Below are positions 28,962 through 38,048 of a stretch of 53,253 bases of DNA, in pieces; positions within the stretch are counted from its first letter, which is position 1; each line of letters starts with the position of its first letter. The position numbers and the translations under genes are program-made. Under the pieces are notes generated by a model that was not told where the DNA came from, searched no databases, and saw only the letters and a list, made by a program, of their open reading frames with translations. The stretch comes from an uncultured Candidatus Saccharibacteria bacterium. GTDB taxonomy: Bacteria > Patescibacteriota > JABMPQ01 > JAQVVF01. The stretch covers positions 601,020-654,272 of the forward strand of contig CAZNOH010000001.1 of NCBI GenBank assembly GCA_964574655.1, written 5' to 3'.

Positions 28962-29168
28962 CTACTCTGGTCTTCTGATTTCTTGTTGCATTTTCTTTTC
29001 AGAAACATAAAGCTCTTCTAGCTCCGCTTCTAAAAGCTCTTTTCTTCTACTCAGATCTTCTAATTGCGTCTTTATTTCACGAAGTTCTTTTTCTCTTTCG
29101 TCAATGTCATCACGAAAATCGTCAAGCTTTGATTGCATCACGCGTTTTGGATCTGTAAAATCTGGCAT
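28962..29168 (-). CDS. Small coiled-coil protein (68 aa)
   Basis: Heptad pattern rich in E/K/R/L; co-directional between mnmA and alaS. Confidence 0.7.
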   Translation of the reverse strand: MPDFTDPKRVMQSKLDDFRDDIDEREKELREIKTQLEDLSRRKELLEAELEELYVSEKKMQQEIRRPE

Positions 29169-29175
29169 AATTTTA

Positions 29176-29300
29176 AATAATCAATAACCAATAATCAAAG
29201 AATAATCAATATACAATAACCAATAATTAAAAATTCGACGATTTTTGGTTATTGAAATTTGGTTATTTGGTATTCGTTGATTATTGGTTATTGGATATTT
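29176..29300. repeat. Intergenic inverted heptamer array (CAATAAC/CAATAAT type)
   Basis: aataatcaataaccaataatcaa ... ttgattattggttattggatatt; the tcgacgattt(tt)ggttattga core resembles 840-963. Confidence 0.8.
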
Positions 29301-29314
29301 TTATTTTAAATCAT

Positions 29315-30409
29315 TTACTTTGCTTTTGCAATAACTCCTCCGCCAATTAGAATGTCTTTTTTGTAAATAACTGCAGATTGTCCAGGCATTACAGCGCGAG
29401 CAGGAAGAGATAGGGAAATAGTCGCAGTATTTTTACTAAGTAAAATAATTTTGCCAGAAACAGGGGAGGCATGCGATCGAATTTTTATTTGGCAAGGATA
29501 GGGGAGTGATATCCTTTCCCCTATCAAATTTAAATTTTTTAATTTAATTATTTTACTAAATAATTGCTTATCTTCAGGATTATCAGTAACAACTAAAATA
29601 TTTTTTTTAAAATCAAACTTGACGACAAAAAAAGTTTTTTCCAAACCAAGACCTATTCCCTTTCGCTGTCCTAAAGTATAAAAACATAAGCCATTATGTT
29701 CTCCTATTGTTTTGCCGCTAACTGTTTTAATCTTGCCAGGCTTTATTTTCTTTAAATGTCTTTTTAAAAAGTCATGATGATTTTTTTCTTGGATAAAACA
29801 AATTTCTTGCGATTCTTCTTTTGAGGCTGTTGGCAAATTAAATTTTTTGGCTAGTTTGCGAACTTCAGGCTTTGTATATTCGCCAACTGGAAATAAAATC
29901 TTGGCTAATTTTTTTTGATTTAAATTATACAAAAAATATGATTGGTCTTTTTGCTTGTCTTTGGCTCTGTAGAGACGCCCTAATAGGGCGTCTCTAGCAT
30001 CTATCATTTTTATTCTCGCAAAATGTCCTGTCGCTAGATAATCTGCATTAAGTTCCTGTAACTTTTTAAACAAAAATCCAAATTTAATATATTTATTACA
30101 AGCAATACATGGATTTGGAGTTAAGCCTTTTTTGAACGAATCTATAAAATAATCAACGACGTATTTTTTGAATTCTTTGGTGCAATTTAAAGAATATAAT
30201 TTAATGCCTAATTTTTGACAAACTTGTCTTGCGGAATCAAATGAGTCTTGAGAACAACAGCGATTGACTGAACAAAATTTGCTAACATTTTTTTCGTGCC
30301 AAAAGCGCATAAAAACACCGGTTACTTTATAACCTTGTTTTTTCAATAATGCGGCTGAGACACTGCTGTCTACTCCGCCAGACATAGCGCAAATGACGTG
30401 TTTTAACAT
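29315..30409 (-). CDS. mnmA: tRNA-specific 2-thiouridylase MnmA
   Basis: MSGGVDSSV, TPNPCI.CN, ATGH.AR, KDQSYFL, ESQEICF, T.GQR.G and PGQ.AV motifs. Confidence 0.97.
   Translation of the reverse strand: MLKHVICAMSGGVDSSVSAALLKKQGYKVTGVFMRFWHEKNVSKFCSVNRCCSQDSFDSARQVCQKLGIKLYSLNCTKEFKKYVVDYFIDSFKKGLTPNPCIACNKYIKFGFLFKKLQELNADYLATGHFARIKMIDARDALLGRLYRAKDKQKDQSYFLYNLNQKKLAKILFPVGEYTKPEVRKLAKKFNLPTASKEESQEICFIQEKNHHDFLKRHLKKIKPGKIKTVSGKTIGEHNGLCFYTLGQRKGIGLGLEKTFFVVKFDFKKNILVVTDNPEDKQLFSKIIKLKNLNLIGERISLPYPCQIKIRSHASPVSGKIILLSKNTATISLSLPARAVMPGQSAVIYKKDILIGGGVIAKAK
29969..29996 (+). repeat. REP-type palindrome inside mnmA
   Basis: G-TAGAGACGCCCTA-A-TAGGGCGTCTCTA (perfect 13-bp arms); encodes ARDALLGRLY on -. 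Confidence 0.8.
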
Positions 30410-30448
30410 ACGAAATAGTATATTCTTTTTTTATATTTTGTAAATATG

Positions 30449-30473
30449 AAAAGACGAGATTTTCAATCTCGCC
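30449..30473 (-). terminator. Terminator after the small secreted peptide gene
   Basis: GGCGAGATT-GAA-AATCTCGTC-TTTT on -. Confidence 0.6.
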
Positions 30474-30549
30474 TTTAAACTCTGTGAGGTACAACCTCAC
30501 GGTAGCGTGAAACAACGAAATAACGAAATTTACGACAAAATCAACTCGA

Positions 30550-30723
30550 TTACCTCCAATTTTTCCATTGCCTAAAAAAATCAGTGCAACCCCAGCTATC
30601 AGGACTATTTTTACATCTTTGATCAGTAGCTGCATAAGCAATTCCAATTCCAGCTATTAATATCCCAACAACAATTGCAATCTTAACGCCAGTTGACATT
30701 TTTGTTTTTAATTTTGTAGTCAT
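30550..30723 (-). CDS. Small secreted peptide (57 aa), missing from the ORF track
   Basis: MTTKLKTKMSTGVKIAIVVGILIAGIGIAYA/ATDQRCKNSPDSWGCTDFFRQWKNWR; extended -10 TGCTATAAT upstream at ~30761-30769. Confidence 0.7.
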   Translation of the reverse strand: MTTKLKTKMSTGVKIAIVVGILIAGIGIAYAATDQRCKNSPDSWGCTDFFRQWKNWR

Positions 30724-30797
30724 TCTTTGATATTAGTTTATAAATATTTTGTTTGATTTTATTATAGCATAAGTAGAAGTGAGTTATGCACAGATAT

Positions 30798-32279
30798 TTA
30801 ATCCATTTTTATCACCTGTCCTGGCTTTAAGGTTTCACGTGGCTTTTCTGGTTGTTTTGTTTCTTCTTTTTCTAATTTACCCTGCAAGATCTGACTAAAA
30901 GCTTTTTTGAATGGCTGATAAACTTCTTGCGAGGCTTCAGATTTTTTCTTTGGAAAATATCTTGACTTTGGCAGCGTTGCTTCATCTCTTACCATACTTT
31001 CTGACCATTTAGAAATTCTTTCTTCAACTTCTTCTCTTTTTGAAGCATATCTTTCTCGGGAAACTTTGATAATTTTTTCAGCATTGCCTTCTTTTCTGGC
31101 AGACGGAGGCAAAGTTGTAGCACTGAAGGCCTGAGAAGCAACACCATCAATCATTAGTTTTAAATAAATATTATATTTTGTTAAATTGACCAAGTCAATT
31201 TCCGTGAATATTGGCTCAAATTCGCTGACTAGAAACTCTGCGTCAGTTGCACCGACTCTAAAGCAGGCAATTGTTCCAACATTACCAAAAACAGCATCGC
31301 GAACTTTGGTTGAACCAGCTGTTTCTAATTGTCCGATGTATTGATGGCCAATGATTAAATTTAAGTGATACTTTCTAGCTTCTGATAAAATATCGGCAAA
31401 TGATTCTGTAGCGAAGTTTTGAAACTCATCAACATAAAGATAGAAGTCAGCTCTTTCTTCTTCAGGAATATCAACGCGGGACATAGCAGCTAATTGAATT
31501 TTGGTAATAATAACCGCACCAAACAATGCAGAAGCATCTTCACCAATACGTCCTTTTGCTAGATTGAGTATAAGAATCTTTTTACTATCCATGACTTCGC
31601 GCATGTTTATTGTTGATTTGGATTGACCAACAATATTTCTAATCAAGGAAATAGATAAAAATTGTCCGACTTTGTTTTGGATAGGAGCAATTGCTTCTGT
31701 TTGAAATTTGTCAGGATATTTTGAATATTCTTCAACCCAGAATTGTTTGACAACTGGATCTTGGATTTTTTCAATTACTTTTTTTCGGTATTCTTTGTCA
31801 ACTAAAACTCTCATAATGCCAAGCATGGTTGAGCCTGGATAATCGAGTAAAGCCAAAATAGAGTTTCTTAAAACATATTCAAGGCGAGGACCCCAAGAGT
31901 CAGCCCATATTTTTTTGAAAACGCCGATAAGCCCTGATGAAATTAGGTGCTTGTAAGCTGGATTGATATTTTCCATGACATTGAAAGCAATCGGAAAATC
32001 CATGTCGCCTGGATTAAAATAGATAACATCATTTATACGGCTAGTTGGAACAAAATCTAGCACTCTTTCAGCAAACTCACCGTGCGGATCAACTACGCAA
32101 AGTCCATTGCCAGCCTTGATATCAGAAATCGCCATATTTTCCATAAGGTTTGTTTTGCCCATACCAGTTTTACCGATCACATACATGTGTCTGCGACGAT
32201 CGTCGCGCTTAATGCCAAAAGCAACTTTTTTGTTGCGATAGTTTGTTGTTGCGAAAAGTGAGATATCGTTATTTGCCAT
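30798..32279 (-). CDS. VirD4/TraD/TrwB-like coupling ATPase
   Basis: DRRRHMY.IGKTG.GKT (Walker A), DPHG, LYVDEFQNF (Walker B), LSEARKY and HQY..QL motifs. Confidence 0.9.
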   Translation of the reverse strand: MANNDISLFATTNYRNKKVAFGIKRDDRRRHMYVIGKTGMGKTNLMENMAISDIKAGNGLCVVDPHGEFAERVLDFVPTSRINDVIYFNPGDMDFPIAFNVMENINPAYKHLISSGLIGVFKKIWADSWGPRLEYVLRNSILALLDYPGSTMLGIMRVLVDKEYRKKVIEKIQDPVVKQFWVEEYSKYPDKFQTEAIAPIQNKVGQFLSISLIRNIVGQSKSTINMREVMDSKKILILNLAKGRIGEDASALFGAVIITKIQLAAMSRVDIPEEERADFYLYVDEFQNFATESFADILSEARKYHLNLIIGHQYIGQLETAGSTKVRDAVFGNVGTIACFRVGATDAEFLVSEFEPIFTEIDLVNLTKYNIYLKLMIDGVASQAFSATTLPPSARKEGNAEKIIKVSRERYASKREEVEERISKWSESMVRDEATLPKSRYFPKKKSEASQEVYQPFKKAFSQILQGKLEKEETKQPEKPRETLKPGQVIKMD

Positions 32280-32306
32280 ATTATTTTTTAATCTTTTTAA
32301 ATTAAA

Positions 32307-33596
32307 TTATTGTCTGCCAACTGGTAAATCTGCTGGCGGTTCAGCTTTGTTAGATTGCGTACTAATAACCGAAGGAGATTCAACAGAAACATATGGAAAG
32401 TGAAATATAGTAGCCAGCTCTTCAATACTCAAAATACACGGCGGTAATCCAGCATCCATATCGCGCTCTTTATAATATCTGACTATTTTTCTTTGTTTGC
32501 CTGGAATTCTAAATTTCCAATAATCTAGCTTTGTCTTGGTATGTTTGTCTAACCAAAACCAATTAAGATTTTGGGTGTGCAGAAGCTTCAAGGCGCCTAA
32601 TGTACCGACAACGCCGAGACCTTTGTTATAAATATCTTTTTTGGCGACATAAATAAAACGGAATTTTGTTTCGAAACCAACTTTAGCAGTATTCCTTTGT
32701 ATTGCTGTAACAACATCTTGTTCACCTGGAGACAAATATTGCATCAAGGATTCAACTTCTCTTTTTTGCTCTTTTATTTCTGCAGCTGGAACTTGTAGAA
32801 TAGCATCAGTAGCGCTTAAAACATTGTGCCAACCCTTGATGACTGTTTTTTTAAAAAAGTCTTCTGGTATTTCAACTTTTTTGCCAATAAGCTTTGCTAC
32901 CACTTGCTCGCCTTCTTCTTTCCAAGCATCATTGACCGGCCTGATTGTTAATTGCAGCCAGATTTGTTCTCCTGTGCTTAGCCTGCCCATGACTTCAGTG
33001 AAGGCTGAAATCGGATCAATAAAACCTTTATCAAATTCTTCAGCAAATTGCATGTAAGTCCTGATTGGATAGGAATCTGGCATCATTTGTTTAAAATCAG
33101 TGCCAAAAAGTTCATACTGATCGTTTGGCCATTTGCTTGGTATAAATTCTGTGTAATCTTCAACCTCGGAAATCTCAGCATCAGGATAATGAGCATAAAT
33201 ATGAGCTTCAACAGCATCACGAAGCTTATTTGGAGTTCTGATGATAAATCTAACGTAACCATTGATGCCAACTAATTCTAAGCTGATATGCGCTTGCTCT
33301 TGACCTTGAATCCAAATCTCAACATAGTTAGGCGGAGAATAAATACCATGAAAACCAGCTAAAACTTGCTCCATTGATTTTGGACTTTTTTCACTATCAG
33401 CTGGCACAGAAATCGCTAACAAAACATAGTCAATTCCTGCTAAAAATTTGCTATTTTGTATCCGAAAAAATGCGTAATATGCTAAGAAAATAAGCCCAAG
33501 CAAAATAGCCCACCAAGCTTGGGTGAAAATAAAACTAAACGTGCTAAAAAATTCACGCAATTGAGATGCAATATCTAATGGCGGAAGTCCAGACAT
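32307..33596 (-). CDS. Membrane protein partnering the VirD4-like ATPase
   Basis: N-terminal TM helix; SLE, YPDAEI.E..DY, YPI.TY and L..EELAT.FHFP motifs; directly upstream of the ATPase. Confidence 0.7.
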   Translation of the reverse strand: MSGLPPLDIASQLREFFSTFSFIFTQAWWAILLGLIFLAYYAFFRIQNSKFLAGIDYVLLAISVPADSEKSPKSMEQVLAGFHGIYSPPNYVEIWIQGQEQAHISLELVGINGYVRFIIRTPNKLRDAVEAHIYAHYPDAEISEVEDYTEFIPSKWPNDQYELFGTDFKQMMPDSYPIRTYMQFAEEFDKGFIDPISAFTEVMGRLSTGEQIWLQLTIRPVNDAWKEEGEQVVAKLIGKKVEIPEDFFKKTVIKGWHNVLSATDAILQVPAAEIKEQKREVESLMQYLSPGEQDVVTAIQRNTAKVGFETKFRFIYVAKKDIYNKGLGVVGTLGALKLLHTQNLNWFWLDKHTKTKLDYWKFRIPGKQRKIVRYYKERDMDAGLPPCILSIEELATIFHFPYVSVESPSVISTQSNKAEPPADLPVGRQ

Positions 33597-33705
33597 TTTA
33601 TTTTGTAATTTTAGTTTTAATAAATTAAATTGCTGATATTTTTACTGCTAAACAATTTATTAATTTGTCATTTCAACGATCCCTATATATCTATTTTACA
33701 AAGTT

Positions 33706-34740
33706 TTAATTATTTTGCAAGCAATATAAACCGTCAACTCTTTGAAATCTTTGCTTGTTTTGCAAAGCTAAAACAATAGTATTCTTTTTAACAAATCTCT
33801 GTTCTAATACTTTGTTGATAATATCTTCTTTAGATAAAGTTTTTCCAGATTTTTCAATTACTTTTTCAATAATTTCAGCTACAGTTCCTTGAAGAAAACC
33901 CCATTTCTTTAATGCATACATACCTCTACCAACTAACACAAATCTTTGATCTTTGATTAATTCGTTATGAACAGTTTGAGGAATTGCATTTTTTGTATCA
34001 AATTTTGCATTATTAATAAGTTCTGTAATTTTTGTAAAATGAGCTGGCTTGCTATACTTTTCTAAAACAATATAAGCTTTATCTTTAACGCCCTTTGGTA
34101 CTATTTCTCTCCAATCGGATAGGCCCCATTCGTTGAATGGATTTTTTAATATTCTTTTGCTTAATGATAAATATGAAATTAATGTTTTACTATCTTTGAT
34201 AGCTAATTCAAAACTATCTGAAAGCTCGTTTTCTAATACTGGTTTGCCTTTGCCTTCTAGATTTAAAACAAATGATTTGATAACTTTTTTGGAGAAATCC
34301 AAGTCAGCATCAACTAATGACCAAGTTTTTCTGGTTTCATCATTTTCTTTTATTGAATTGAATTTTGGAGAAACTTTTAAAACAAATTCAATTGCATTGT
34401 TATGAATTGGATCAAGATTATATTTCTTCCTGAATTTTGACATTAAAAAATCATGTTCCATGATCTTGCCATGTTCATTGAGCAAGTCTTCTAACATTGC
34501 TTCGTATTTTTTTAATCCAGCAATTTTAGGAGACTTTTTCAATTCAGCTAAAGAAACAGACTCAATTTGTCTGACTCTTTCGCGAGTAATTTTGTATGCT
34601 CCACCGATGCTTTCCAAAGTCATCTTACAGTTTTCTCCCAAACCAAATCTTTTAATTAAAATACTTTTGGTTCTTTTTTTCAAACCATCAAGCATTTCTA
34701 GAATGTCTTTTGTTGGGTTAAATTCATTAATCTTAGTCAT
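33706..34740 (-). CDS. Sigma70 region-4 HTH protein with C-terminal winged-helix (HARE-HTH-like) domains
   Basis: RFGL....TLE.IG....ITRERVRQIE; TVHNELI.D.RFVLVGRG.YAL..WG; no sigma region 2. Confidence 0.8.
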   Translation of the reverse strand: MTKINEFNPTKDILEMLDGLKKRTKSILIKRFGLGENCKMTLESIGGAYKITRERVRQIESVSLAELKKSPKIAGLKKYEAMLEDLLNEHGKIMEHDFLMSKFRKKYNLDPIHNNAIEFVLKVSPKFNSIKENDETRKTWSLVDADLDFSKKVIKSFVLNLEGKGKPVLENELSDSFELAIKDSKTLISYLSLSKRILKNPFNEWGLSDWREIVPKGVKDKAYIVLEKYSKPAHFTKITELINNAKFDTKNAIPQTVHNELIKDQRFVLVGRGMYALKKWGFLQGTVAEIIEKVIEKSGKTLSKEDIINKVLEQRFVKKNTIVLALQNKQRFQRVDGLYCLQNN

Positions 34741-34800
34741 AATTTTGCTTGATATAGCTAATAACTATATCAATATAAAGTTAATTTATTATACTTGATT

Positions 34801-34878
34801 ATGATAGCATAGATTTACAAATCTGTCAATTAGTTTTGCTATTCATATTAATTTAGCACCATTTTCTAAGTGTGTCAA
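34801..34878 (-). promoter_or_regulatory. Two tandem sigma70 promoters
   Basis: TTGACA-17-TATCAT (34801-34829) and TTGACA-17-TAAATT (34850-34878), both with extended -10 TG. Confidence 0.7.
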
Positions 34879-35015
34879 GGAAAAAAGGTGAAATTGCTCA
34901 AATTGATAAATTGTTAAATTGCTGTATTGCCAAATATTTTTCTGAGATCAACAATAAAAAATTTTACAAATTAAGCAATAAAAAAAAGAGCTTAGAGCTC
35001 TTGTGGAATAATGAA

Positions 35016-35891
35016 CTAAAGAATTTTGTTTCTTTCTAAAAAAAGCATGATTTTGGTAAAGTTCGAATATGCAATATCTCCAACAACTGACCCATTGGAA
35101 AGATTGACCAACCAATGCAATTCCCAGCCATCTCTAGGATCAAAACCGAACACTTCCATAATCGGCACGTGAATTAGCTGATATCGGCAAACACCCATCT
35201 TGCATTCATACATTTTAAAATCATCGTCGGTTAAGCAACTTGATTGCCCCCAGCTAATTCGTTCTCGAGCAGGATTGAGAATGGATGCTGCTTTTGGCAT
35301 GGCAAAACTAATCAGCTTTTCAAAATAGCTAGTCGGACCGGGGCTGTCGTAAGTACCAGGATATGTAGGAAAAACCACAGCAATTTTGGCTAATTGTGTC
35401 GACTGAGTTCCAGCTAACAATTTCAGCATTTCTCCAAAATCCTGTCCTTGATAGATAGGCACACAAAACTTGAAAGTTGTTCTTACCTTCGGGTATCTGT
35501 GTTCAATACTAGTAACATACTTGTCAGCTACTTCGGAACGATAGTCAACTCTGCCAGGCGCAAAAGGATTGGTGTGAGGAACAGAAAATCGCGGGCCGAT
35601 GTTGACTGTTTTATAAAACAACGCATGATATTTGACATCAACTTCTGCCTGGCATTGCAGGCACGGAACTAGCCAATATTTTCTATCCGAAATTTGCAAG
35701 CGCTTGCAATAACTACGGCGAACTCGATTATTCCATAACCACCGGTCCAATTTCGACAAGGCTTCTTGATCATCAATGCTTCTCGCGATTATAGTTGTTT
35801 TCTCTAGCGAAGCGGAAAGTTCTGGCTTAAATTCTTGAACAAGTTTGGGCGGTTCGATGGGCCGAAAATCAACTTTTATGCTTTTATCCAT
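35016..35891 (-). CDS. Orphan hypothetical protein (291 aa), SD-led
   Basis: AAAGGAG 7 nt before ATG 35891; one CxxC; terminator AAGAGC-N5-GCTCTT-Tn at ~34980-35002. Confidence 0.65.
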   Translation of the reverse strand: MDKSIKVDFRPIEPPKLVQEFKPELSASLEKTTIIARSIDDQEALSKLDRWLWNNRVRRSYCKRLQISDRKYWLVPCLQCQAEVDVKYHALFYKTVNIGPRFSVPHTNPFAPGRVDYRSEVADKYVTSIEHRYPKVRTTFKFCVPIYQGQDFGEMLKLLAGTQSTQLAKIAVVFPTYPGTYDSPGPTSYFEKLISFAMPKAASILNPARERISWGQSSCLTDDDFKMYECKMGVCRYQLIHVPIMEVFGFDPRDGWELHWLVNLSNGSVVGDIAYSNFTKIMLFLERNKIL

Positions 35892-35908
35892 CTCTGTTCT
35901 CCTTTGCA

Positions 35909-37876
35909 TCAAGGCGGACAATTGTCTGGCATATAATGTGAATTAACTGCTCCTGCACAAACGCAAGTTCTTATTGTTCCATCACGGCAGATCTGAGTGC
36001 CAGCCGGACCCCAATCTGGACACTCAACGGGTGGCCAGCAGGTTCCATGCATGCAAGGACAACTTGGTTGCGGGCCTTCACAGTCATCCGGACATTCATT
36101 GGAATCTTCACCCTCTACACATAAACCGTCTCCGCAAATTGTCTTGCATTGTCCGTTGTGGCACGAATAGCCATTATTGCAAACTGGAATTTCATCATTT
36201 TCATCAGTATCTCCATCGCAGTCATTGTCAATTCCATCGCAACTCTCTGCTTCTGGCATAATTATTGGCTGGCAAGTCATTCGACCGTTAACGCAGGCAG
36301 TCAAGCCAGCATAGCAGATACTGTCTCTGTCTAAATTAGTATTGCAGTCAATCCCTGCCCCAAAGACATCTTCATCGACAATTTGATCACAGTCATTATC
36401 AGTATTGTCGCAAATTTCTTCGCTAACAATACATTCATCAACGCACTCGCCTTCTTGGCAGAATTGATTAGGCAGGCAAATATCGCCTTCATCAATTAAA
36501 TTGTTGCAATTGTTGTCAATGCCATCGCAAAATTCTTCTTCTGGGCATTCATTTACACAATCGCCATTTTGACAAAGCTGGCCATCAGGACAAATATTTC
36601 CTTCATCAACTTCGTGATTGCAGTCATTATCAATTCCATCACAAATTTCAACATCAGCTACACATTCAAAAATGCAACTGCCATCTTGGCAGAATTGTTC
36701 ATTCAAACAGAGATCACCTTCATCAACTAAATGATTGCAATTATTATCTATGCCATCGCAAACTTCTATCGCATCAGATTTAACTTCAAAATTAAAATCA
36801 TCGCAATCATTTCCCATTGGACAATTCTGGCCAAATCCATCTTGATCTTGATCAATGCAAGTCTCTGTTTTTTCCACGCAAACTCCACTTCGACATTCTT
36901 GATCTTGACTGCACTTTTGTTGCAAATCATCAACTATATAAGGCGACTCTTGTATCCAAGCACCGTCATCGCAGATATAATCAATTACAATAGTATGGTA
37001 GAAGACTTCATTATCTTGACAAAATCGGTCGTTAATACTGCAAGAAACTTGCCTTTCTGGCTGAAGATGACCGATACTGCAATCACAGCCATTGATTTCA
37101 CCGCATTCTTTGTCCTGACAATAATAAACGCATGGATCGCCATCAGACATGATCCAGTCGTAAAGCGACGATGTTTTTATTGCAATTCCACCAAATGTGT
37201 TATCCATTTGAATCATAATTCCATGCATAATCCACGGATCTTGGCTTGAAAAACAACCGCCACCACTATCACCATGACGAACATAATTATCATTAGAACC
37301 CTGAAAATGAAATGTCAAATCATCTTCTGAGTCAACCGTCATCATTTCGCCAGTTGGAAAACTCGGTCTAACTAACAGTCCAATATCGTTCATATCCCAG
37401 CCATAGCCGATGCATTTAATTTGAGTTCCAAGCGAACTGAAAACTTCCGAAACACTACTATATGGCTGATTCATATCAGTTTCAACTTCTACGATAGCAG
37501 CATCAATATTTGCTGATGGATGACAGGCAACTTTCTCTACATTTGCATCCTTCCATTTTGCATTGCCAATAAGATTATAAGCATTAAACTCAGCTTGTCT
37601 AGCTACTGACCGAAGATTTGTATCACAAGCATAATAAACTACATGTTTAGCAGTTAAAATTGTTCTTGGACCAATTAAAATTCCACTTCCTAAATCTGTT
37701 GTAGGACCAATCAAAAAAACTACTGGAGAATTTTGCTCTGGCTGTCCACCTTGAACTGCATTGGCTTTTGATGAATTAGAACTGTCATCTTTTTCTGATG
37801 TACAGGCAAAAAGAATTTGTAAAAAAGACAAAATCATAATACAGAAAAAACTGGCCATTCTCTTGTTCGCTGTCAT
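35909..37876 (-). CDS. Lipoprotein: trypsin-like serine protease with Cys/Asp-rich repeats (EVCDGIDNDC type)
   Basis: Lipobox LFAC; catalytic triad motifs LTAKH, IDAA, GDSGG; five E..CD..DN.C repeats; SD AAGGAGG before ATG 37876. Confidence 0.85.
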   Translation of the reverse strand: MTANKRMASFFCIMILSFLQILFACTSEKDDSSNSSKANAVQGGQPEQNSPVVFLIGPTTDLGSGILIGPRTILTAKHVVYYACDTNLRSVARQAEFNAYNLIGNAKWKDANVEKVACHPSANIDAAIVEVETDMNQPYSSVSEVFSSLGTQIKCIGYGWDMNDIGLLVRPSFPTGEMMTVDSEDDLTFHFQGSNDNYVRHGDSGGGCFSSQDPWIMHGIMIQMDNTFGGIAIKTSSLYDWIMSDGDPCVYYCQDKECGEINGCDCSIGHLQPERQVSCSINDRFCQDNEVFYHTIVIDYICDDGAWIQESPYIVDDLQQKCSQDQECRSGVCVEKTETCIDQDQDGFGQNCPMGNDCDDFNFEVKSDAIEVCDGIDNNCNHLVDEGDLCLNEQFCQDGSCIFECVADVEICDGIDNDCNHEVDEGNICPDGQLCQNGDCVNECPEEEFCDGIDNNCNNLIDEGDICLPNQFCQEGECVDECIVSEEICDNTDNDCDQIVDEDVFGAGIDCNTNLDRDSICYAGLTACVNGRMTCQPIIMPEAESCDGIDNDCDGDTDENDEIPVCNNGYSCHNGQCKTICGDGLCVEGEDSNECPDDCEGPQPSCPCMHGTCWPPVECPDWGPAGTQICRDGTIRTCVCAGAVNSHYMPDNCPP

Positions 37877-37898
37877 TTTCCTTTCCTCCTTGTTTTTT

Positions 37899-37947
37899 GT
37901 AAGGAACAAAAATTTTTGTTCCTTACTTTCTGGTTATCAGAAAGTAA
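37899..37947. promoter_or_regulatory. Two overlapping palindromes in the protease 5' leader
   Basis: Perfect 28-bp GTAAGGAACAAAAATTTTTGTTCCTTAC, and TTACTTTCTG-N5-CAGAAAGTAA, sharing TTAC. Confidence 0.6.
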
Positions 37948-37983
37948 ATTTTAAAGGACAATCAAAATATTTCTTGATGTTTT

Positions 37984-38012
37984 ATTTTACAAAATAAACC
38001 CGAAAATGTCAA
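37984..38012 (-). promoter_or_regulatory. Sigma70 promoter of the protease unit
   Basis: TTGACA-17-TAAAAT. Confidence 0.75.
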
Positions 38013-38017
38013 CAAAC

Positions 38018-38042
38018 AAAAAAACAGCCTAAGGCTGTTTTT
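38018..38042. terminator. Intrinsic terminator
   Basis: AAAAACAGCC-TAA-GGCTGTTTTT after the stop at 38049. Confidence 0.75.
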
Positions 38043-38048
38043 ATTAAT

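Noticed and set aside
30327..30647. 106-aa ORF upstream of mnmA
   Set aside because: It overlaps mnmA, runs through a terminator and starts at TTG. The 57-aa signal-peptide ORF in another frame fits better
30798..33596. Integrative conjugative element
   Set aside because: No relaxase, integrase, VirB4 or att repeats in the window
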